64,000 bases of DNA. It comes from Eledone cirrhosa (lineage: Eukaryota). The position numbers and the translations under genes are program-made. The notes beneath the pieces were generated by a model. It did not search any database. It was given only the letters and a program-made list of their open reading frames with translations, and was not told the DNA's origin. The stretch covers positions 79,732,001 through 79,796,000 of the forward strand of contig OZ024746.1 in assembly GCA_964016885.1 (NCBI GenBank), in the 5' to 3' direction. Every line of letters starts with the position of its first letter. The first letter of the stretch is position 1. This document shows, piece by piece, positions 1 through 10,764 of the stretch.

Positions 1-60
<60 letters not shown>

Positions 61-1731
61 TGTCTAGTAAAAAATGTCCGTGGATGGAAAAAAAGGAAGA
101 AGGAAGACAATGCTTGATGTAGTGTGAGAGCTGAATAGAAAACAAATATAGAAATAAAATGATCTATTCCGATGTGAAACCAGACGTTAGTTGATAGAGT
201 GTGCAAATAATAATTACATTTAACCCCTAGGACATCATGAATACAGAACTGCAAGCTAACTAATTATTCATCAATAAAAACTGCAAATCTGCTTTTTACA
301 GAGATAAGGCATACTTACCTCAATACATGAATGACTGAGGGATCCTCCGAACTGTATTGTGTTTGTCTGTGTTTAAAATATTTCGCCCATTTAGACAAAT
401 AGTGCGAGTGGTTGCCATGTTAGTTAGGTTCAAAGGGCATATTTTGAGAGGAGGAATCGGTTCTGCCAAAATATTAGACAAAACTAGTCTACATAAAGAC
501 AGTGTTCCATGATCAGTCTACATTATTGCACATTGAAAGATCACCACCACAGTTGCTCAACCAGCGGAAATATCTGCAAAACTTCTTTGAATCACACCCT
601 ACCGTCTGGAAAAAAGCAAATTGTTGCAAAATGCAGCCCTGTCTGTTGTGAGCTTAGAAAAAGAACCAGATCGTCATGGTTGGAGCCCATTTAACCATAG
701 GCCTGTTATAGCAGGGATTGACTGGAACGAAACAATAAGAAAATAGGATTATATTCAGGATAAATCTATTAATAATAAGACCATAATATCTAGCATAGGC
801 ATTTAAGGGGAAGGATCCGTCGTTTAAATAGACCCCAGTATTTCAGTTTATCGACTTCGAATGAATGAACGGCAAAGTTGAACTAATTGGATTATATCCT
901 AGAACGTAAAAATTTAGGGGAACATAGTATTTTTAATAGATTCGACAAAGTATAGCCAACATTAATTTAGCCATCAAAAGACAAATGACGGTACATAATT
1001 TCTACCTATTTACAATAAATTAGAAGTATGGTCATTTTCGTGTCTTAAGTGCTGATTGCACGAAACGTATCTTCCTCCTTTAGGCTGCTGGTCTAGCTGA
1101 CACATTTTGATTTAGCCAATGTCTTAATTTCTTTACAGGCATCTTCAAATATGGTTAAATACCAATCCTCAAATTAAACAAAAAAAGCACCAATGTTAGT
1201 GGCTAGGTGAGAGAAGCAGAGGAAACTAGAATTACCATTTTGTTATCAGATGCAAGCAAGTATTATCACACGACAGCATGATTAAGCAAGTAACATTTGT
1301 GACGTCTATCAGATAAATATTTCATTGTTGACAACAAGCAGTTTAAGTTGGTGTTTAATGCATTTAGCTATTCTCTTGAAGGTGGAAGTTTATTTGATTA
1401 TAAAGCAATAAACTTATACAATTTTCTCAAATGCATTAAGGCATTCGGTTCAATCAGACGGTTAGTGAGTTAGTCAGTTAGTAGGTTTGTCAATCGATTG
1501 ATCGAACGACACACACTTGTAAGTATGTTAAGACAGTCACTTCTATCGAAATATTCTTAGTAAATAAACAATATGTAAATTGCAAGACCTATTTTATTCT
1601 GTATTATTTTCTATTATATTCTGTAGCATTGGTTCTATAAACTATGTTCTTGTTATTGCTACTCACACCTGGTGCGGGAACCAGACAAATAAAGAGACAT
1701 ACAATAATGTCAACAAATGCAGGTAAATAAT

Positions 1732-1919
1732 TGTTTCTACTTTTGGCACAAGGCCAGCAATTATCCAGTGCATTACTGGTACTTTATTTTATCGACCCCG
1801 TAAGGATGAAAGGCAAAGTTAACCTCGGCGGGATTTGAACTCAAACCATAAAGGGGCGTAACTCTTTGCTGCAAAGCATAGCGTCAGACCCTCTACCGAT
1901 ACTGCCAATCCACCGCCCT
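1732..1919 (-). mobile_element. tRNA-derived SINE (main family of this window), full-length short form with 16-bp TSD
   Basis: Reverse complement has A-box-like TGGCAGTATCGG, B-box GAGTTCAAATCCC, core CTTTGCCTTTCATCCTTACGGGGTCGATAAAATAAAGTACCAG (resembles Deu/Nin-type SINE domain, from memory) and AT-rich tail; flanked by AATGCAGGTAAATAAT at 1716-1731 and 1920-1935. Confidence 0.9.
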
Positions 1920-1936
1920 AATGCAGGTAAATAATA

Positions 1937-2172
1937 TGTAGAAACGAGGCGTCAAAATATTATCATTACGTTTATTCAAGTGTGACGCGCGTTTCGCGAT
2001 TGATCAGCAAAAGGTTCTATCTGTATCCAACGTTGGATATCTCCCATCATCAACCAAACCAAGAGTCTGATAAACTATTGATTGCATAGTTGGGGTTAAT
2101 CGATACAGATAGAACACGCGCATCACACTGAATAAACTTAATAATAATACTTTGACACCTCGTTTCTACTTA
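1937..2172. repeat. Imperfect inverted repeat, probable Penelope inverted pseudo-LTR with hammerhead remnants
   Basis: GTAGAAACGAGGCGTCAAAATATTATCATTACGTTTATTCAAGTGTGACGCGCG (~1938-1991) mirrors ~2115-2169; minus strand reads GAAAC-GCGC-GTC followed by AATAAA; lies just downstream of the GIY-YIG remnant. Confidence 0.65.
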
Positions 2173-2287
2173 TTAATTAACCATGGAGATATAAAAGATA
2201 AAGAAGCGAAAAAGAACCAAACAGTGAGTGTGTTCTGTTAGTATTTCTGGCAATATTATAACAATATGACCCTCCCCAAGTATAACA

Positions 2288-2327
<40 letters not shown>

Positions 2328-2383
2328 GGGGGGGGGTAGAGCACTCTGTCCATAGGACGAATGTGGTATGGTGAACACAACAG

Positions 2384-2790
2384 TTAGTTCATCATACGGA
2401 GATGTGGATAACGTAAGAAGATTTCATTTCTTGAATTTAGGCAATCGCTATAGCGCAATCTCCTTAGAATATTTATCCTTTCTTCAATACACAGTGCACC
2501 AGACGGACTGCCACTTGCGTATGGTTTGGACCTAATTATAGCTTTCCATTTAATGGAGTAGTCTATAACTGAGTCTTTGAGGGACCATACGTGGCTCACG
2601 AGCTTCGTGGATGATCGTTTGTTCGGGTACCTGAACCATCAGTCGACTTTTAGGTACCCGGGCAAACGATCATCCACGTTCAGATCTAGCTGTCGGGGTT
2701 CTGACTCTTTTCTTACTATTACCCACTCTACTACCCTAAGTATCGAGTACTCTGGTGCGTTATGGTCCACCTGGTTCCTTACCACACTTC
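2384..2790 (-). mobile_element. Penelope-like element remnant: C-terminal GIY-YIG endonuclease with 5' inversion and pLTR piece
   Basis: Minus-strand KRSSTKLVSHVWSLKDSVIDYSIKWKAIIRSKPYASGS..LC.EE..IL...LNSRNEI matches the PLE GIY-YIG C-terminal pattern; plus strand 2626-2678 encodes the preceding YLNHQSTFRYPGKRSST in inverted orientation. Confidence 0.8.
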
Positions 2791-2815
2791 CTTAGTTATA
2801 TACATATATATATGC

Positions 2816-2897
<82 letters not shown>

Positions 2898-3189
2898 GTG
2901 TGTGTGTGTGTGCGTGTGTGTGTGCCTACGCGCGTGTGTTTGTGTGAGAAATGTTTAGTGTTGTTTTTTTAAGGGAATACTATGTTCCTACAGTGAGGTG
3001 ACTAATGTTGTTCACAGTGAAATATCTGTTGTGACTGAGCCATAGTCGAAAGGTAATGGAATTAGGAAGAGGCCGGACAGTTAGTTTATTTGCCATAGAG
3101 TGGACGCCCAAGACCCAGGCGCTGTTAAATTGGGTGATTGATTAAGTATGCTACACAAGTACTGATACATTTCATCCAACGGGCTTTTG

Positions 3190-3315
3190 TCCAGTGTCCT
3201 TTTACCTAATTTCACTCACAAGTCTTGGGTCAACTGATTAAGACACGAAAGCAGGAACACAGTAGGTGTGAATTCGGGACACGTGATTGTGTAGTGAACT
3301 TCTTAACCCCATACT
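3190..3315 (-). mobile_element. Degenerate SINE remnant (second family)
   Basis: CACTCACAAGTCTTGGGTC..AAGACAC..GTGAACTTCTTAACC resembles a common octopus tRNA-SINE; related 5' heads at ~25120-25175 and ~63092-63175 (+). Confidence 0.45.
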
Positions 3316-3658
3316 TATTGAAACAGTTCAATGACAATCCAAGAATATGAACTAATTCTCACTTTCTCCATTAGTCATGTCTGAGCATGTAGCAGACTTT
3401 GGGAGGCCTTCTCCATCCATCTAGAGAAACAGGAAAGACACGAATAAAAAACATTACACATTTTCTTAAGGTTTTACTTCTTTTATTCAGTTCTTTTGCA
3501 CTGCATGTAGATGCACATACCCATACCCTATATGTAAATCATAGGTATTTAGCACAAATTACTAAAATACTTACTTGAAATATAAGACCGACATCTTGCC
3601 TGCGGCTATTATCAGAAGAAATAAACCTGCATTACGCATCTTGTGTGTGCTTATGATT

Positions 3659-3845
3659 AATTTGAAATTGTGCCCATATTTCACATTTTCTCTATAGATA
3701 TTACCAATTTGAAGTTGTGCCTATATTTCACATCTTATCTATATCTATCATCAATTTGAAATCCTGTCTATATTTCACATCTTAATATGCCTATTATCAA
3801 TCTAAAATTATGTCTACTTTTACCTATGCTTATTTTCAGTTGAAA
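3659..3845 (+). repeat. Degenerate ~46-47-bp tandem repeat, ~4 copies
   Basis: Recurring AATTTGAA(A/G)TTGTGCCTATATTTCACATCTT.. units. Confidence 0.75.
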
Positions 3846-4627
3846 TGGAACAAACAATTCATATCTTGCCTAAGACTATTACCATCATAGTAGAGACTGT
3901 CTATAGAGTAGATATAGTATCGAATATGACTCTGCAATATGCGGTTCCGGAAACTTCAGAAATCATGTACAGATTATCAAAAACAAAACAAAGCAGCAAA
4001 AGCAAAATCAAAAATAGAGATAATGCCTAAATACACGAATGTCTGTCAAATAAAAAGAACCACTGACTAATATATAAGACTAGCCTAGTTATAATATTTG
4101 TCATTACGGTAGGCCATAGATAGAAAGAAGTGGGTTGTTTTGTTTTTCATAATACAGTATATTTCTATAGACGTAAATACAAATATGCCAAATGGAGTCT
4201 ATCAATTCGTTTCATCTATTCCCACTCTATCCACCCCACCCTCCCGTTTTCAAAATGTTTTTCCTTTCTACCCCACTCCTCTTTTTCTTTCTATCTCTCT
4301 TTTTTCCCTCGCTCTCTTTCTTTCTCTCTGTATCTCTCTTTCTCTCATTCATTCTATCTCTCTCCGTCTTTTCTTCACTCGGTTATAGTATTAATTTCTT
4401 ATAGAATATAAGTCGTATTTAATTGGTCTATAAAGCCGATTAGCGAATCATATCTGATTTACTACAATCAAGGCTATTGCAATATACACAAACAAATGAA
4501 TATGCATACATATACACACAGCTACACATACATACATACACACACACACAAACACGCATACACACACATATATATATATACATACATACATATATACATA
4601 CACACACACGCACACACGCACACAAAC

Positions 4628-4678
<51 letters not shown>

Positions 4679-4880
4679 GACAGACACACATACATACGTG
4701 GTGGGAGAACTCGACAGATAAAGAGGCACACAGCAATTTCAACAAATGCAAGTCTAAACCTATTTAAATATGTAAATATATTGTGCTGGAAGCAAATTAC
4801 ATATATCGACATACATATACACACACAAACAGAAATATATACACACGTATATACTTATATATATGTATATATATATATAT

Positions 4881-4977
<97 letters not shown>

Positions 4978-4999
4978 AGTAGGTAATGTAGTTTTATGA

Positions 5000-5790
5000 A
5001 AGTACTATTTCATTCAATTTATTATGAAATTTGACATGCTGAATATGAAAACAAGATTTTTTGTAATACCATTTATTGTAATTTCAACTAAACTATATAA
5101 CATATTTTAGAAGTCGTATTATATAATATAACGAGCAGTCGTGAATAATGCAACAAAATTATAATAACTAGGAAGATATAATACAATAGATTTAAAACAT
5201 CAATAAACTCATAAGTGAACATTAGACCGTCTTTGTGTCTGTGGTCTCTTCTATCATCTGTAACCAAATTCCAAACGTAATTGCCCGTTATTGCTTCATT
5301 CTACCTTCCCTGTCATCAATTTCATCCTCAATTATATGTCCTGATGGAACCTTTCTCCATGTTCTTTAAACGTAGCGCCAGAATTCAGTCAGAAGTATTT
5401 CAAATGAGAGTACAAATATTGCAGCTTAAATGATATTTTGCATCCCATACTTTTGCTACTTTCGAGCAGTTCTCCTAGAATAGTTGTGTAATTCTCTGCT
5501 CTGCTGTTGCCTCCAAAACCCATTGATAATCTACTTGAATGCATCTCAAGCTCTTTTCTCCACCACTGTCATTTTCATATGCACATTTTTAGATGAATGC
5601 ATCTGCTTCAGGTGTGGCTTAACAACCACACAGGCAGCAACTTTCTGTTGGACAACTTTGGAAACATGTCTTGTATGTTAGCATAAGCTTCACTATTGTC
5701 ATCTCAGGTTATAACTGATTCTTTTGTTGGACCAAGTTTCATGTGGATCAGAGCTTGATCGATATTCTCAATTGATACCGGAACATTGTT
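5000..5790 (-). mobile_element. Chapaev3-like (CMC) DNA transposon remnant, C-terminal transposase pseudogene
   Basis: Minus-strand translation with stops/frameshifts: IHMKLG..QDMFPKLS..MTVVEKRA*DAFK..RAENYTTILGELLES..MGCKISFKLQYLYSHL..KEHGERFHQDI..GNYVWNL; matches the LHIKLG/HSHL/EHGERFHQDI motifs I associate with Chapaev3 transposases. Confidence 0.75.
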
Positions 5791-5802
5791 TTACACTTTA
5801 TA

Positions 5803-6224
<422 letters not shown>

Positions 6225-6929
6225 TTATATATATATATATTTCTTTCTATATCTATATACGCATATGTATATATATATACATATATATGTCTATAAGCCA
6301 CCATTATATAATCTGTAGTAACAAAACAAAGATTATGCTGTGTAATTCAAGGAAAACACATGTGAAACGAGCAGAATGTTGAAAAATATTGAGATTCTTC
6401 TTTGTAATGTTCTTCTTATACAACTATTAGCTTTCAACATACAACTTATTTGAATACTTGTAAAATACTGCTTATATATACAATTTACTATAAAACGTTT
6501 CAGATAAAACTATAAAATTCTCCAAATAAAATATATATCAACATTAAATATTTTATAAATATGTAAGCATATTTTCTTGGGATTGCCTGAGCAGTCTATT
6601 GTTTAAAGTTCTATAAATGGTATCTCATTGTAATGCGTCTCATTGTCTGATTCAATGACTCAGCGTTAGTAAATTCTACCATTTTTTTTTTTTACTTTAC
6701 ATACTGCGTCTGCGAAGTTCTACATAGAAACAGAAGTCTGATACGAGGGTAATTTCAACAGAGACAATGTAACACATAATAGAAAATAATTCTTGATATA
6801 ACTGACAAAATACTAGTGTTATGTAAAGAATTCTACCACCGTGTTCAGCATGCTAGATATACAGAAAACATAAAAATCAAGTGAAACAATTTTCTGATAC
6901 ATAGTGTGCATGTGTATGTATGTATGTAT

Positions 6930-7210
6930 GTAGGTCACCAGTTGGTGCTACTGGTAAAATGTATCCCAGTAAAACCTCTCTCATGGTCGAGTCATTGGCG
7001 ACTAAACTGGCAACCCCACCAAGGTTTCTTCGTGAGGAGGGTGACTTTGGACATCCTGCAAGACTAAAAACAAAACCTGTCAAAGGGCAAAGGAGCTCTT
7101 AAGAGTCAATGGCCATCCAAAATCACCGGGAGAGATGACCCCTTATCCTTTTTCAAGGCAGAATTCTAGGAGAAGGAAAACTCTGATATAACACCTGCAA
7201 CCCTGATGGT
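6930..7210 (+). mobile_element. Probable 5' UTR fragment of an RTE-type LINE
   Basis: CTAGGAGAAGGAAAACTCTGA motif (~7167-7187), recalled from RTE-clade 5' regions; GC-richer than flanks; no ORF. Confidence 0.35.
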
Positions 7211-7814
7211 ATCCAATGATGTTGACTTGTTCTTCTTTTTGGCAAATATCATCTTGGTTAAGAGAGTGGGACTGGCTTTGTGCAGTGCCTTTGCTCACTA
7301 TACAAGCTTCACGACACAGGCATTGCTTCATAGCTGGAGATCTCTCTGCACTTGTCGCCACATGGTACCATGGGCCCAGCACTATGCGTCAATAATTGTC
7401 ACATGTGTAGTGTTTGTACCAGAGTTTTCAAGTCGCTGGCTGGACTAAAAAGTCACACTCGTTCAGCGCATCGGTAGGGGTTCTCCTACATGGATATAAA
7501 GTAGTGGCCTTACTCGAAAACGAGTTGGCAGCCACCATGAAGTATGTATGTATGAAGTATGTATTTATATATGCATGTATACATGCATGTATGTATGTAT
7601 ATACGAATATATATATATATATCCCACTCTCTGAGCATCGAAAAGACTACCCGTAAGGCATTTCCCCACTTAAAAATCCTTCTAAGCACAGGCATTGCTT
7701 GTTCAGGATATGTTACAGGTTTGCGTGACTGGCCATAGCCTAAAATTGCACCAAACTCTATAATCCTCCAAGCAATTGCAGTATTCTTAGCAGTTTGCAG
7801 CCTTCATATATATA

Positions 7815-7882
<68 letters not shown>

Positions 7883-7918
7883 ATGTATGTAAGCAAGCAT
7901 GTATCTATTGTATCTATT

Positions 7919-7991
<73 letters not shown>

Positions 7992-8267
7992 GGAATAGAA
8001 TGAAACGAAATTTCATTTCTCACTCTTAGTACGGCACTTACTTAAATGTAAGTATGTATGTATGTATACGTACATACATATATGTATACAGACGTACAGT
8101 AGTATGTATATATATACATACATGCACACATATATATATATGCACGTATCGGTTTACCGAACATTTATTATAATGCTCGGTTTGTTTGTAAACAAACAAA
8201 CAGCCCGAATTACGCCGTACAGTGTTTAGGCAACCACGTCATCTTTTTGTTCAACACTGACACAGGA

Positions 8268-8310
8268 ATGATGTACTAGTTTCAAGCTTATTAACTATCG
8301 TCAGCATCGT
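8268..8310 (-). ncRNA. Minimal type I hammerhead ribozyme (Penelope type)
   Basis: Minus strand: acGATG-CTGACGA-t AGTT aata AGCT t-GAAA-CTAG-TA-CATC; intact core, stem I GATG/CATC, palindromic stem III ACTAGT, GUA triplet; U-U at base of stem II. Confidence 0.65.
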
Positions 8311-8354
8311 ATACCTTCCTGCCAGATGGTTGAACGTCTGATATATTTATATAA

Positions 8355-8455
<101 letters not shown>

Positions 8456-8945
8456 TATATATACAAATATCTATATCTATATATATATTGAACGTCTTAT
8501 ATATTTATATAAATACACACACACACACATACACATACATATATATACAAATATCTACATCTATATATATGTACAACAGACACTTATTATGCAAATAAGA
8601 ATACATTGAAGACAACATAAAGTTGCCGATTGGCTATGATTATCTACTCCAAAAGATTAGTTACATTGTAATCCGATAGAATGAATAGATTAACTTTCAT
8701 CAACAGATCTGTCAACTGGTATGCATGCAAGACATTTATTCTTTAATAACGAAATCATGATTGGTCGCTTCTGTCCAATCTTTATTGCATTTGTCTTTAA
8801 AGGGTTTGACAGTATTGTTTGGCGGTCTATCTATATATCTATCTATCTATTTATCTATCTATCAATCTAACTATCTATCTATCCATCTATCTATCTATAT
8901 CTATCTATATCTATATCTATATCTATCTATATATATATATATATA

Positions 8946-9756
8946 TCATCATCATCATCATCATCGTTTAACGTCTATCTTCCACGCTAGCATGGGTTTA
9001 GACGGGAATTGTCCCACGTGAGGCAAGATTGGTTGTCTTCCTCGTATAGGACTGTCTGGCGGTTTTCTACGACTGGATGCCCTTCCTAACCAACCACGTT
9101 TACAGTGTGGACAGGGAGGGTTTTACCTTGTCACCTACACGGCCACATTACAGCGTGGACTGTGTATTTTTTTTGCCGTGACACCTACACGACCTCATTT
9201 ATTTAGGACTGGATGTTGTAGCACCAACATAACTTTAGGTGTAGATGGGGGTGGGGGTAAGGGTAGTGGGATGGGGTGTATTTTTGGTTAGGAGGTGCCT
9301 ACTGACTGTAGGTTTCGCTTTGTACTTAGGCAATGCGGGTCTTCAGTATTACTGCGTAGCGCCAAAGATCTTGGAGAGGTGTAAGGTCGGAATTTATCAA
9401 ATCGTCCCAGGTTTTTCTGCGTCTACCTACTCCGTGGCTTCCATCTATTTTGATGGCTCTGCACTTTTTTATACAGCTGTCGTCTTTCATGCGCATCACG
9501 TGACCATACCAACGAAGTCTTCTCTCGAGTAAACAGCATCTGATCCATCTTATTCCTAATTTCTCACTTAGTTCATTTATGCTTTGCCGTTCACGTATAT
9601 TACTATTACACATCCAACGGAGCATGCAAGCTTCGTTCCTCTTCAGTCTGCGCAGATCCTCTGCACACAATGCCCATGTCTCACTGCCATGTAGCATTGC
9701 TGTTCGCATGCAGGCATCATACAGTCTGCCTTTCATTTTTAGGGAGAAACCTTTAG

Positions 9757-9760
<4 letters not shown>
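8946..9760 (-). mobile_element. 5'-truncated RTE-clade LINE (RT C-terminus, 3' UTR, (GAT)n tail)
   Basis: KMKGRLYDACMRTAMLHGSETW..MLRWMC..RRLRWYGHVMRM..GRRRKTW is the typical RTE C-terminal region; ends in (CAT)n at 8946-8964; 5' end abuts (TA)n. Confidence 0.9.
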
Positions 9761-9838
<78 letters not shown>

Positions 9839-10101
9839 TTTCTGAATTTGTTTAGCAAGATTCTTTATCTGAAAACGTGTGTTGAAACCGATATTGTTAT
9901 ACTTTTGGAGGGTCATGTTGCCAATAAGAAACACATGCACCAGTTGCTTTCACTCCAATTTATTATAAATTAAATTTATAAATTTAAGAATTTATAAATT
10001 TCCTGTTGGTTGGTTGGTTCCTCGACCGGACGGTTGTTCATATATTGTCAAAGTCCTTTCGTCACACATTCTGTGACCTCTTCAGTTACTGTGGATTCTT
10101 T

Positions 10102-10132
<31 letters not shown>

Positions 10133-10289
10133 GTATGTATATTTATATATATATATCCAGGGTCGGTGGAACTGGGGGGGGGGGGGCTAGGAAGCCATGA
10201 GCCCCCCTCCCCGTAATTATATTTTTCTCCCAAAACTACCAAAACACACATCTATTTGTATATGCGCTACAATTTATGTAAATATTATG

Positions 10290-10526
10290 TAGAGAGGGTT
10301 GGGCGAGATAGATATAGAGAGGGCGGAGTTAGGTGTTTATTGATATAGAGAGAGGAATTGGAAGGGAATTCCGTGTAGTACATATACAGAGGGGGAGAGT
10401 TTAACGTTCATTGATATAGAAAGGAGGATTGGAAGAGAGTCTATAGTCGTTATAGAGAGGGGAAAGTTTAGTGTTAATTGATATAAAGAGAGGGTTGGGA
10501 GAGTGTGTTTTATATTAGATATATAT
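10290..10526 (+). repeat. Degenerate GATATAGAGAG-GA-rich minisatellite, left part (split by the Tx1 insertion)
   Basis: Repeated GATATAGA(G)AGAGG.TTGG.AGAG units; the same repeat resumes at 16210-16600. Confidence 0.65.
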
Positions 10527-10764
10527 TTCTATTTATTTGCCACCAGGGCATCAAAGATTGGGACAAATACAAAGGGGGGAGTTTACATACATTTAAAAAG
10601 ACGTGTAAAAAACATATAACAAATTAAATTTAACAATCGATGTCCTCAATAGGGAGGGGCGTTGACATGGGTCGCACACACACCCGAACAAATGTGCAAC
10701 CCTCCTCTTCAGGAGCACAAAGAGCGGGTGCTTTCTTCCTCTTCTCATTCTTCTCCTCTCTCAC

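Noticed and set aside
311-320. ATACTTACCT, identical to the U1 snRNA 5' end
   Set aside because: No further U1 similarity; it is the reverse complement of a splice donor
3022-3058. Hammerhead-like CTGTTGT-GACT..AGTC-GAAA
   Set aside because: Two core mismatches and no convincing stem I or III
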